Assembly: GCA_964016885.1 (NCBI GenBank)
Contig: OZ024749.1
Coordinates: forward strand, 9,114,001-9,178,000
Source of the DNA: Eledone cirrhosa
Lineage: Eukaryota
Direction: 5' to 3'
Length of the DNA: 64,000 nt
A program made the translations under genes and the position numbers. How positions within the stretch are numbered: the first letter of the stretch is position 1; every line of letters begins with the position of its first letter. Positions 32,101 through 47,300 of this stretch are shown piece after piece. Under the pieces are notes generated by a model. The model saw nothing but the letters and a program-made list of their open reading frames with translations. It had not been told where the DNA came from and searched no databases.

Positions 32101-35100
32101 CAACTGTGTTACAAGGTATAGTACACACTAGTTCACCAGGTCAACCGTGTTACAAGGTATAGTACACACTAGTTCACCAGGTCAACCGTGTTACAAGGTA
32201 TAGTACACACTAGTTCACCAGGTCAACTGTGTTACAAGGTATCGTACACACTAGATCACCAGGTCAACTGTGTTACAAGATATAGTACAGTCTAGTTCAC
32301 CAGGTTAACAGTGTTACAAGATATAGTACACACTAGATCACCAGGTCAACTGTGTTACAAGATATAGTACACACTAGTTCACCAGGTCAACTGTGTTACA
32401 ATATATAGTACACACTAGTTCACCAGTTCAACTGTGTTACAAGATATAGTACACACTAGTTCACCAGGTCAACTGTGTTACAAGATATAGTACAGACTAG
32501 TTCACCAGGTCAACTGTGTCACAAGTTATAGTACACACTAGTTCACCAGGTCAACTGTGTTACAAGATATAGTACACACTAGATCACCAGGTCAACTGTG
32601 TTACAAGATATAGTACACACTAGTTCACCAGGTCAACTGTATTACAAGGTATAGTACACACTAGTTCACCAGGTCAACTGTGTTACAATATATAGTACAC
32701 ACTAGTTCACCAGGTCAACTGTGTTACAAAGTATAGTACACACCAGTTCACCAGGTCAACTGTGTTACATGTTATAGTACACACTAGTTCACCAGTTCAA
32801 CTGTGTTACAAGGTATAGTACACACTAGTTCACCAGGTCAACTGTGTTACAACATATAGTACACACTAGTTCACCAGGTCAAATGTGTTACAATGTATAG
32901 TACACACTAGTTCACCAGGTCAACTGTGTTACAAGATATAGTACACACTAGTTCACCAGGTCAACTGTGTTACAAGATATAGTACACACTAGTTCACCAG
33001 GTCAACTATGTTACAAGATATAGTACACACTAGATCACCAGGTCAACCGTGTTACAAGGTATAGTACACACTAGTTGACCAGGTCAACTGTGTTACAAGT
33101 TATAGTACACACTAGTTCACCAGGTCAACTGTGTTACAAGATATAGTACACACTAGTTCACCAGGTCAACTCTGTTAGAAGATATAGTACACACTAGTTG
33201 ACCAGGTCAACTATGTTACAGGATATAGTACACACTAGTTCACCAGGTCAACCGTGTTACAAGGTATAGTACACACTAGTTGACCATGTCAACTGTGTTA
33301 CAAGTAATAGTACACACTAGTTCACCGGGTCAACTGTGTTACAAGATATAGTACAGACTAGTTCACCAGGTCAACTGTATTACAAGGTATAGTACACACT
33401 AGTTCACCAGGTCAACTGTGTTACAAGTTATAGTACACACTAGTTCCCCAGGTCAACTGTGTTACAAGATATAGTACACACTAGTTCACCAGGTCAATTG
33501 TGTTACAAGATATAGTACACACTAGTTCACCAGGTCAACTATGTTACAAGATATAGTACACGCTAGTTGACCAGGTCAACCGTGTTACAAGGTATAGTAC
33601 ACACTAGTTGACCAGGTCAACTGTGTTACAAGTAATAGTACACACTAGTTCACCGGGTCAACTGTGTTACAAGATATAGTACAGACTAGTTCACCGGGTC
33701 AACTGTGTTACAAGATATAATACACACTAGTTCACCAGGTCAACTGTGTTACAAGTTATAGTACACACTAGTTCACCGGATCAACTGTGTTACAAGATAT
33801 AGTACAGACTAGTTCACCGGGTCAACTGTGTTACAAGATATAGTACACACTAGTTCACCAGGTCAACTGTGTTACAAGATATAGTACACACTAGTTCACT
33901 AGGTCAACTGTGGTACAATATATAGTACACACTAGTTCACCAGGTCAACTATGTTACAAGGTGTAGTACACACTAGTTTACCATGTCAACCTTGTTACAA
34001 GATATAGTACACACTAGTTCACCAGGTCGACTGTGTTACAAGATATAGTACACACTAGTTCACCAGGTCAACTGTGTTACAAGATATAGTACACACTAGT
34101 TCACCAGGTCAACTGTGTTACAAGATATAGTACACACTAGTTCACTAGGTCAACTGTCTCACAAGGTATAGTACACACTAGTTCACCAGGTCAACTGTGT
34201 TACAAGGTATAGTACACACTAGTTCACCAGGTCAACTGTGTTACAAGTTATTATACACACTAGTTCACCAGGTCAACTGTGTTACACACTAGTACACTAG
34301 TTCACCAGGTCAACTGTGCTACAAGGTGTAGTACACACTAGTTTACCATGTCAAACTTGTTACAAGATATAGTACGCACTAGTTCACCAGGTCGACTGTG
34401 TTACAAGATATAGTTAACACTAGTTCACCAGGTCAACTATGTTACAAGATATAGTACACACTAGTTCACCAGGTCAACTGTGTTACAAGATATAGTACAC
34501 ACTAGTTCACCAGGTCAACTGTGTTACAAGATATAGTACACACTAGTTCACCAGGTCAACTGTGTTACAAGATATAGTACACACTAGTTCACTAGGTCAA
34601 CTGTGTTACAAGATATAGTACAGACTAGTTCACCGGGTCAACTGTGTTACAAGATATAGTACACACTAGTTCACCAGGTCAACTGTGTTACAAGATATAG
34701 TACACACTAGTTCACTAGGTCAACTGTGGTACAATATAGTACAAGATATAGTACACACTAGTTCACCAGGTCAACTATGTTACAAGATATAGTACACACT
34801 AGTTCACCAGGTCAACTGTGTTACAAGATATAGTACACACTAGTTCACCAGGTCAACTGTGTTACAAGATATAGTAGACACTAGTTCACCAGGTCAACTG
34901 TGTTACAACTTATTATACACACTAGTTCACCAGGTCAACTGTGTTACAAGGTATAGTTCACACTAGTTCACCAGGTCAACCGTGTTACAAGGTATAGTAC
35001 ACACTAGTTCACCAGGTCAACCGTGTTACAAGGTATAGTACACACTAGTTCACCAGGTCAACTGTGTTACAAGGTATCGTACACACTAGATCACCAGGTC

Positions 35101-38100
35101 AACTGTGTTACAAGATATAGTACAGTCTAGTTCACCAGGTTAACAGTGTTACAAGATATAGTACACACTAGATCACCAGGTCAACTGTGTTACAAGATAT
35201 AGTACACACTAGTTCACCAGGTCAACTGTGTTACAATATATAGTACACACTAGTTCACCAGGTCAACTGTGTTACAAGATATAGTACACACTAGTTCACC
35301 AGGTCAACTGTGTTACAAGATATAGTACAGACTAGTTCACCAGGTCAACTGTGTCACAAGTTATAGTACACACTAGTTCACCAGGTCAACTGTGTTACAA
35401 GATATAGTACACACTAGATCCCCAGGTCAACTGTGTTACAAGATATAGTACACACTAGTTCACCAGGTCAACTGTATTACAAGGTATAGTACACACTAGT
35501 TCACCAGGTCAACTGTGTTACAATATATAGTACACACTAGTTCACCAGGTCAACTGTGTTACAAAGTATAGTACACACCAGTTCACCAGGTCAACTGTGT
35601 TACATGTTATAGTACACACTAGTTCACCAGTTCAACTGTGTTACAAGTTATAGTACACACTAGTTCACCAGGTCAACTGTGTTACAACATATGGTACACA
35701 CTAGTTCACCAGGTCAAATGTGTTACAATGTATAGTACACACTAGTTCACCAGGTCAACTGTGTTACAAGATATAGTACACACTAGTTCACAAGGTCAAC
35801 TGTGTTACAAGATATAGTACACACTAGTTCACCAGGTCAACTATGTTACAAGATATAGTACACACTAGATCACCAGGTCAACCGTGTTACAAGGTATAGT
35901 ACACACTAGTTGACCAGGTCAACTGTGTTACAAGTTATAGTACACACTAGTTCACCAGGTCAACTGTGTTACAAGATATAGTACACACAAGTTCACCAGG
36001 TCAACTGTGTTACAAGATATAGTACACACTAGTTGACCAGGTCAACTATGTTACAAGATATAGTACACACTAGTTCACCAGGTCAACCGTGTTACAAGGT
36101 ATAGTACACACTAGTTGACCAGGTCAACTGTGTTACAAGTAATAGTACACACTATTTCACCGGGTCAACTGTGTTACAAGATATAGTACAGACTAGTTCA
36201 CCGGGTCAACTGTGTTACAAGATATAATACACACTAGTTCACCAGGTCAACTGTGTTACAAGTTATAGTACACACTAGTTCACCGGGTCAACTGTGTTAC
36301 AAGATATAGTACAGACTAGTTCACCGGGTCAACTGTGTTACAAGATATAATACACACTAGTTCACCAGGTCAACTGTGTTACAAGATATAGTACACACTA
36401 GTTCACTAGGTCAACTGTGGTACAATATATAGTACACACTAGTTCACCAGGTCAACTGTGTTACAAGGTGTAGTACACACTAGTTCACCAGGTCAACTTT
36501 GTTACAAGTTATAGTACACACTAGTTCACCAGGTTCTAGTTCACCAGGTCAACTGTGTTACAAGGTATCGTACACACTAGATCACCAGGTCAACTGTGTT
36601 ACAAGATATAGTACACACTAGTTCACCAGGTCAACTGTGTTACAAGATATAGTACACACTAGTTCACCAGGTCAACTGTGTTACAAGATATAGTACACAC
36701 TAGTTCGCCAGGTCAACTGTGTTACAAGATATAGTACAGACTAGTTCACCAGGTCAACTGTGTTACAAGTTATAGTACACACTAGTTCACCAGGTCAACT
36801 CTGTTACAAGATATAGTACACACTAGATCACCAGGTCAACTGTGTTACAAGATATAGTACACACTAGTTCACCAGGTCAACTGTATTACAAGGTATAGTA
36901 CACACTAGTTCACCAGGTCAACTGTGTTACAAAGTATAGTACACACTAGTTCACCAGGTCAACTGTGTTACAAGTTATAGTACACACTAGTTCACCAGGT
37001 CAACTGTGTTACAAGATATAGTACACACTAGTTCACCAGGTCAATTGTGTTACAAGATATAGTACACACTAGTTCACCAGGTCAACTATGTTACAAGATA
37101 TAGTACACACTAGTTGACCAGGTCAACTGTGTTACAAGTAATAGTACAGACTAGTTCACCTGGTCAACTGTGTTACAAGATATAATACACACTAGTTCAC
37201 CAGGTCAACTGTGTTACAAGTTATAGTACACACTAGTTCACCGGGTCAACTGTGTTACAAGATATAGTACAGACTAGTTCACCGGGTCAACTGTGTTACA
37301 AGATATAGTACACACTAGTTCACCAGGTCAACTGTGTTACAAGTTATTATACACACTAGTTCACCAGGTCAACTGTGTTACACACTAGTACACTAGTTCA
37401 CCAGGTCAACTGTGCTACAAGGTGTAGTACACACTAGTTTACCATGTCAACCTTGTTACAAGATATAGTACGCACTAGTTCACCAGGTCGACTGTGTTAC
37501 AAGATATAGTACACACTAGTTCACCAGGTCAACTATGTTACAAGATATAGTACACACTAGTTCACCAGGTCAACTGTGTTACAAGATATAGTACACACTA
37601 GTTCACCAGGTCAACTGTGTTACAAGATATAGTACACACTAGTTCACTAGGTCAACTGTGTTACAAGATATAGTACAGACTAGTTCACCGGGTCAACTGT
37701 GTTACAAGATATAGTACACACTAGTTCACCAGGTCAACTGTGTTACAAGATATAGTACACACTAGTTCACTAGGTCAACTGTGGTACAATATAGTACAAG
37801 ATATAGTACACACTAGTTCACCAGGTCAACTATGTTACAAGATATAGTACACACTAGTTCACCAGGTCAACTGTGTTACAAGATATAGTACACACTAGTT
37901 CACCAGGTCAACTGTGTTACAAGATATAGTACACACTAGTTCACCAGGTCAACTGTGTTACAAGATATAGTACACACTAGTTCACTAGGTCAACTGTGTC
38001 ACAAGGTATAGTACACACTAGTACACCAGGTCAACTGTGTTACAAGGTATAGTACACACTAGTTCACCAGGTCAACTGTATTACAAGTTATTATACACAC

Positions 38101-41100
38101 TAGTTCACCAGGTCAACTGTGTTACAAGGTATAGTACACACTAGTTCACCAGGTCAACCGTGTTACAAGGTATAGTACACACTAGTTCACCAGGTCAACC
38201 GTGTTACAAGGTATAGTACACACTAGTTCACCAGGTCAACTGTGTTACAAGGTATCGTACACACTAGATCACCAGGTCAACTGTGTTACAAGATATAGTA
38301 CAGTCTAGTTCACCAGGTTAACAGTGTTACAAGATATAGTACACACTAGATCACCAGGTCAACTGTGTTACAAGATATAGTACACACTAGTTCACCAGGT
38401 CAACTGTGTTACAATATATAGTACACACTAGTTCACCAGGTCAACTGTGTTACAAGATATAGTACACACTAGTTCACCAGGTCAACTGTGTTACAAGATA
38501 TAGTACAGACTAGTTCACCAGGTCAACTGTGTTACAAGTTATAGTACACACTAGTTCACCAGGTCAACTGTGTTACAAGATATAGTACACACTAGATCAC
38601 CAGGTCAACTGTGTTACAAGATATAGTACACACTAGTTCACCAGGTCAACTGTATTACAAGGTATAGTACACACTAGTTCACCAGGTCAACTGTGTTACA
38701 ATATATAGTACACACTAGATCACCAGGTCAACTGTGTTACAAGATATAGTACACACTAGTTCACCAGGTCAACTGTATTACAAGGTATAGTACACACTAG
38801 TTCACCAGGTTCTAGTTCTCCAGGTCAACTGTGTTACAAGGTATTGTACACACTAGATCACCAGGTCAACTGTGTTACAAGATATAGTACACACTAGTTC
38901 ATCAGGTCAACTGTGTTACAATATATAGTACACACTAGTTCACCAGGTCAACTGTGTTACAAGATATAGTACACACTAGTTCACCAGGTCAACTGTGTTA
39001 CAAGATATAGTACAGACTAGTTCACCAGGTCAACTGTGTTACAAGTTATAGTACACACTAGTTCACCAGGTCAACTCTGTTACAAGATATAGTACACACT
39101 AGATCACCAGGTCAACTGTGTTACAAGATATAGTACACACTAGTTCACCAGGTCAACTATATTACAAGGTATAGTACACACTAGTTCACCAGGTCAACTG
39201 TGTTACAAAGTATAGTACACACTAGTTCACCAGGTCAACTGTGTTACAAGTTATAGTACACACTAGTTCACCAGGTCAACTGTGTTACAAGATATAGTAC
39301 ACACTAGTTCACCAGGTCAATTGTGTTACAAGATATAGTACACACTAGTTCACCAGGTCAACTATGTTACAAGATATAGTACACGCTAGTTCACCAGGTC
39401 AACCGTGTTACAAGGTATAGTACACACTAGTTGACCAGGTCAACTGTGTTACAAGTAATAGTACACACTAGTTCACCGGGTCAACTGTGTTACAAGATAT
39501 AGTACAGACTAGTTCACCGGGTCAACTGTGTTACAAGATATAATACACACTAGTTCACCAGGTCAACTGTGTTACAAGTTATAGTACACACTAGTTCACC
39601 GGGTCAACTGTGTTACAAGATATAGTACAGACTAGTTCACCGGGTCAACTGTGTTACAAGATATAGTACACACTAGTTCACCAGGTCAACTGTGTTACAA
39701 GATATAGTACACACTAGTTCACTAGGTCAACTGTGGTACAATATATAGTACACACTAGTTCACCAGGTCAACTGTGTTACAAGGTGTAGTACACACTAGT
39801 TTACCATGTCAACCTTGTTACAAGATATAGTACACACTAGTTCACCAGGTCGACTGTGTTACAAGATATAGTACACACTAGTTCACCAGGTCAACTATGT
39901 TACAAGATATAGTACACACTAGTTCACCAGGTCAACTGTGTTACAAGATATAGTACACACTAGTTCACCAGGTCAACTGTGTTACAAGATATAGTACACA
40001 CTAGTTCACTAGGTCAACTGTCTCACAAGGTATAGTACACACTAGTTCACCAGGTCAACTCTGTTACAAGGTATAGTACACACTAGTTCACCAGGTCAAC
40101 TGTGTTACAAGTTATTATACACACTAGTTCACCAGGTCAACTGTGTTACACACTAGTACACTAGTTCACCAGGTCAACTGTGCTACAAGGTGTAGTACAC
40201 ACTAGTTTACCATGTCAACCTTGTTACAAGATATAGTACGCACTAGTTCACCAGGTCGACTGTGTTACAAGATATAGTTAACACTAGTTCACCAGGTCAA
40301 CTATGTTACAAGATATAGTACACACTAGTTCACCAGGTCAACTGTGTTACAAGATATAGTACACACTAGTTCACCAGGTCAACTGTGTTACAAGATATAG
40401 TACACACTAGTTCACCGGGTCAACTGTGTTACAAGATATAGTACACACTAGTTCACTAGGTCAACTGTGTTACAAGATATAGTACAGACTAGTTCACCGG
40501 GTCAACTGTGTTACAAGATATAGTACACACTAGTTCACCAGGTCAACTGTGTTACAAGATATAGTACACACTAGTTCACCAGGTCAACTGTGTTACAAGA
40601 TATAGTACACACTAGTTCACCAGGTCAACTGTGTTACAAGATATAGTACAGACTAGTTCACCAGGTCAACTGTGTTACAAGTTATAGTACACACTAGTTC
40701 ACCAGGTCAACTGTGTTACAAGATATAGTACACACTAGATCACCAGGTCAACTGTGTTACAAGATATAGTACACACTAGTTCACCAGGTCAACTGTATTA
40801 CAAGGTATAGTACACACTAGTTCACCAGGTCAACTGTGTTACAATATATAGTACACACTAGATCACCAGGTCAACTGTGTTACAAGATATAGTACACACT
40901 AGTTCACCAGGTCAACTGTATTACAAGGTATAGTACACACTAGTTCACCAGGTTCTAGTTCTCCAGGTCAACTGTGTTACAAGGTATTGTACACACTAGA
41001 TCACCAGGTCAACTGTGTTACAAGATATAGTACACACTAGTTCATCAGGTCAACTGTGTTACAATATATAGTACACACTAGTTCACCAGGTCAACTGTGT

Positions 41101-44100
41101 TACAAGATATAGTACACACTAGTTCACCAGGTCAACTGTGTTACAAGATATAGTACAGACTAGTTCACCAGGTCAACTGTGTTACAAGTTATAGTACACA
41201 CTAGTTCACCAGGTCAACTCTGTTACAAGATATAGTACACACTAGATCACCAGGTCAACTGTGTTACAAGATATAGTACACACTAGTTCACCAGGTCAAC
41301 TATATTACAAGGTATAGTACACACTAGTTCACCAGGTCAACTGTGTTACAAAGTATAGTACACACTAGTTCACCAGGTCAACTGTGTTACAAGTTATAGT
41401 ACACACTAGTTCACCAGGTCAACTGTGTTACAAGATATAGTACACACTAGTTCACCAGGTCAATTGTGTTACAAGATATAGTACACACTAGTTCACCAGG
41501 TCAACTATGTTACAAGATATAGTACACGCTAGTTCACCAGGTCAACCGTGTTACAAGGTATAGTACACACTAGTTGACCAGGTCAACTGTGTTACAAGTA
41601 ATAGTACACACTAGTTCACCGGGTCAACTGTGTTACAAGATATAGTACAGACTAGTTCACCGGGTCAACTGTGTTACAAGATATAATACACACTAGTTCA
41701 CCAGGTCAACTGTGTTACAAGTTATAGTACACACTAGTTCACCGGGTCAACTGTGTTACAAGATATAGTACAGACTAGTTCACCGGGTCAACTGTGTTAC
41801 AAGATATAGTACACACTAGTTCACCAGGTCAACTGTGTTACAAGATATAGTACACACTAGTTCACTAGGTCAACTGTGGTACAATATATAGTACACACTA
41901 GTTCACCAGGTCAACTGTGTTACAAGGTGTAGTACACACTAGTTTACCATGTCAACCTTGTTACAAGATATAGTACACACTAGTTCACCAGGTCGACTGT
42001 GTTACAAGATATAGTACACACTAGTTCACCAGGTCAACTATGTTACAAGATATAGTACACACTAGTTCACCAGGTCAACTGTGTTACAAGATATAGTACA
42101 CACTAGTTCACCAGGTCAACTGTGTTACAAGATATAGTACACACTAGTTCACTAGGTCAACTGTCTCACAAGGTATAGTACACACTAGTTCACCAGGTCA
42201 ACTCTGTTACAAGGTATAGTACACACTAGTTCACCAGGTCAACTGTGTTACAAGTTATTATACACACTAGTTCACCAGGTCAACTGTGTTACACACTAGT
42301 ACACTAGTTCACCAGGTCAACTGTGCTACAAGGTGTAGTACACACTAGTTTACCATGTCAACCTTGTTACAAGATATAGTACGCACTAGTTCACCAGGTC
42401 GACTGTGTTACAAGATATAGTTAACACTAGTTCACCAGGTCAACTATGTTACAAGATATAGTACACACTAGTTCACCAGGTCAACTGTGTTACAAGATAT
42501 AGTACACACTAGTTCACCAGGTCAACTGTGTTACAAGATATAGTACACACTAGTTCACCGGGTCAACTGTGTTACAAGATATAGTACACACTAGTTCACT
42601 AGGTCAACTGTGTTACAAGATATAGTACAGACTAGTTCACCGGGTCAACTGTGTTACAAGATATAGTACACACTAGTTCACCAGGTCAACTGTGTTACAA
42701 GATATAGTACACACTAGTTCACTAGGTCAACTGTGGTACAATATAGTACAAGATATAGTACACACTAGTTCACCAGGTCAACTATGTTACAAGATATAGT
42801 ACACACTAGTTCACCAGGTCAACTGTGTTACAAGATATAGTACACACTAGTTCACCAGGTCAACTGTGTTACAAGATATAGTACACACTAGTTCACCAGG
42901 TCAACTGTGTTACAAGATATAGTACACACTAGTTCACTAGGTCAACTGTGTCACAAGGTATAGTACACACTAGTTCACCAGGTCAACTGTGTTACAAGGT
43001 ATAGTACACACTAGTTCACCAGGTCAACTGTATTACAACTTATTATACACACTAGTTCACCAGGTCAACTGTGTTACAAGGTATAGTACACACTAGTTCA
43101 CCAGGTCAACCGTGTTACAAGGTATAGTACACACTAGTTCACCAGGTCAACCGTGTTACAAGGTATAGTACACACTAGTTCACCAGGTCAACTGTGTTAC
43201 AAGGTATCGTACACACTAGATCACCAGGTCAACTGTGTTACAAGATATAGTACAGTCTAGTTCACCAGGTTAACAGTGTTACAAGATATAGTACACACTA
43301 GATCACCAGGTCAACTGTGTTACAAGATATAGTACACACTAGTTCACCAGGTCAACTGTGTTACAATATATAGTACACACTAGTTCACCAGTTCAACTGT
43401 GTTACAAGATATAGTACACACTAGTTCACCAGGTCAACTGTGTTACAAGATATAGTACAGACTAGTTCACCAGGTCAACTGTGTCACAAGTTATAGTACA
43501 CACTAGTTCACCAGGTCAACTGTGTTACAAGATATAGTACACACTAGATCACCAGGTCAACTGTGTTACAAGATATAGTACACACTAGTTCACCAGGTCA
43601 ACTGTATTACAAGGTATAGTACACACTAGTTCACCAGGTCAACTGTGTTACAATATATAGTACACACTAGTTCACCAGGTCAACTGTGTTACAAAGTATA
43701 GTACACACCAGTTCACCAGGTCAACTGTGTTACATGTTATAGTACACACTAGTTCACCAGTTCAACTGTGTTACAAGGTATAGTACACACTAGTTCACCA
43801 GGTCAACTGTGTTACAACATATAGTACACACTAGTTCACCAGGTCAAATGTGTTACAATGTATAGTACACACTAGTTCACCAGGTCAACTGTGTTACAAG
43901 ATATAGTACACACTAGTTCACCAGGTCAACTGTGTTACAAGATATAGTACACACTAGTTCACCAGGTCAACTATGTTACAAGATATAGTACACACTAGAT
44001 CACCAGGTCAACCGTGTTACAAGGTATAGTACACACTAGTTGACCAGGTCAACTGTGTTACAAGTTATAGTACACACTAGTTCACCAGGTCAACTGTGTT

Positions 44101-44326
44101 ACAAGATATAGTACACACTAGTTCACCAGGTCAACTCTGTTAGAAGATATAGTACACACTAGTTGACCAGGTCAACTATGTTACAGGATATAGTACACAC
44201 TAGTTCACCAGGTCAACCGTGTTACAAGGTATAGTACACACTAGTTGACCATGTCAACTGTGTTACAAGTAATAGTACACACTAGTTCACCGGGTCAACT
44301 GTGTTACAAGATATAGTACAGACTAG
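20120..44326 (+). repeat. Large tandem duplication: copy A ~20120-33360 (13241 bp), copy B ~33361-44326 (10965 bp)
   Basis: Marker offsets are 21108->34349 and 23291->36532 (13241), and 27843->38808, 29986->40951 and 33171->44136 (10965). The 2276-bp difference equals an internal duplication found only in copy A. Confidence 0.9.
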
Positions 44327-47300
44327 TTCACCGGGTCAACTGTGTTACAAGATATAATACACACTAGTTCACCAGGTCAACTGTGTTACAAGTTATAGTA
44401 CACACTAGTTCACCGGGTCAACTGTGTTACAAGATATAGTACAGACTAGTTCACCGGGTCAACTGTGTTACAAGATATAATACACACTAGTTCACCAGGT
44501 CAACTGTGTTACAAGATATAGTACACACTAGTTCACTAGGTCAACTGTGGTACAATATATAGTACACACTAGTTCACCAGGTCAACTGCGTTACAAGGTG
44601 TAGTACACACTAGTTCACCAGGTCAACTTTGTTACAAGTTATAGTACACACTAGTTCACCAGGTCGACTGTGTTACAAGATATAGTACACACTAGTTCAC
44701 CAGGTCAACTATGTTACAAGATATTGTACACACTAGTTCACCAGGTCAACTGTGTTACAAGATATAGTACACACTAGTTCACCAGGTCAACTGTGTTACA
44801 AGATATAGTACACACTAGTTCACTAGGTCAACTGTGTCACAAGGTATATTACACACAAGTTCACCAGGTCAACTGTGTTACAAGGTATAGTACACACTAG
44901 TTCACCAGGTCAACTGTGTTACAAGTTATTATACACACTAGTTCACCAGGTCAACTGTGTTACAAGGTATAGTACACACTAGTTCACCAGGTCAACCGTG
45001 TTACATGGTATAGTACACACTAGTTCACTAGGTCAACTGTGGTACAATATATAGTACACACTAGTTCACCAGGTCAACTGTGTTACAAGGTGTAGTACAC
45101 ACTAGTTTACCATGTCAACCTTGTTACAAGATATAGTACACACTAGTTCACCAGGTCGACTGTGTTACAAGATATAGTACACACAAGTTCACCAGGTCAA
45201 CTATGTTACAAGATATAGTACACACTAGTTCACCAGGTCAACTGTGTTACAAGATATAGTACACACTAGTTCACCAGGTCAACTGTGTTACAAGATATAG
45301 TACACACTAGTTCACCAGGTCAAATGTGTTACAAGATATAGTACACACTAGTTCACTAGGTCAACTGTGTCACAAGGTATAGTACACACTAGTTCACCAG
45401 GTCAAATGTGTTACAAGGTATAGTACACACTAGTTCACCAGGTCAACTGTGTTACAAGTTATTATACACACTAGTTCACCAGGTCAATTGTGTTACAAGG
45501 TATAGTACACACTAGTTCACCAGGTCAACCGTGTTACAATGTATAGTACACACTAGTTCACTAGGTCAACTGTGGTACAATATATAGTACACACTAGTTC
45601 ACCAGGTCAACTATGTTACAAGATATAGTACACACTAGATCACCAGGTCAACCGTGTTACAAGGTATAGTACACACTAGTTGACCAGGTCAACTGTGTTA
45701 CAAGTTATAGTACACACTAGTTCACCAGGTCAACTGTGTTACAAGATATAGTACACACTAGTTCACCAGGTCAACCGTGTTACAAGGTATAGTACACACT
45801 AGTTGACCAGGTCAACTGTGTTACAAGTAATAGTACACACTAGTTCACCGGGTCAACTGTTTACAAGATATAGTACAGACTAGTTCACCGTGTCAACTGT
45901 GTTACAATATATAATACACACTAGTTCACCAGGTCAACTGTGTTACAAGATATAGTACACACTAGTTCACTAGGTCAACTGTGGTACAATATATAGTACA
46001 GACTAGTTCACCAGTTCAACTGTGTTACAAGGTGTAGTACACACTAGTTTACCATGTCAACCTTGTTACAAGATATAGTACACACTAGTTCACCAGGTCG
46101 ACTGTGTTACAAGATATAGTACACACTAGTTCACCAGGTCAACTATGTTACAAGATATAGTACACACTAGTTCACCAGGTCAACTGTGTTACAAGATATA
46201 GTACACACTAGTTCACCAGGTCAACTGTGTTACAAGATATAGTACACACTAGTTCACCAGGTCAACTGTGTTACAAGATATAGTACACACTAATTCACTA
46301 GGTCAACTGTCTCACAAGGTATAGTACACACTAGTTCACCAGGTCAACTGTGTTACAAGGTATAGTACACACTAGTTCACCAGGTCAACGGTGTTACAAG
46401 TTATTATACACACTAGTTCACCAGGTCAACTGTGTTACAAGGTATAGTACACACTAGTTCACCAGGTCAACCGTGTTACAAGGTATAGTACACACTAGTT
46501 CTCTAGGTCAACTGTGGTACAATATATAGTACACACTAGTTCACCAGGTCAACTGTGCTACAAGGTGTAGTACACACTAGTTTACCATGTCAACCTTGTT
46601 ACAAGATATAGTACACACTAGTTCACCAGGTCGACTGTGTTACAAGATATAGTACACACTAGTTCACCAGGTCAACTATGTTACAAGATATAGTACACAC
46701 TAGTTCACCAGGTCAACTGTGTTACAAGATATAGTACACACTAGTTCACCAGGTCAACTGTGTTACAAGATATAGTACACACTAGTTCACCAGGTCAACT
46801 GTGTTACAAGATATAGTACACACTAGTTCACTAGGTCAACTGTGTCACAAGGTATAGTACACACTAGTTCACCAGGTCAACTGTGTTACAAGGTCTAGTA
46901 CACACTAGTTCACCAGGTCAACTGTATTACAAGTTATTATACACACTAGTTCACCAGGTCAACTGTGTTACAAGGTATAGTACACACTAGTTCACCAGGT
47001 CAACCGTGTTACAAGATATAGTACACACTAGTTCACCAGGTCAACTGTATTACAAGGTATAATACACACTAGTTCACCAGGTCAACTGTGTTACAAAGTA
47101 TAGTACACACTAGTTCACCAGGTCAACTGTGCTACAAGGTGTAGTACACACTAGTTTACCATGTCAACCTTGTTACAAGATATAGTACACACTAGTTCAC
47201 CAGGTCGACTGTGTTACAAGATATAGTACACACTAGTTCACCAGGTCAACTATGTTACAAGATATAGTACACACTAGTTCACCAGGTCAACTGTGTTACA

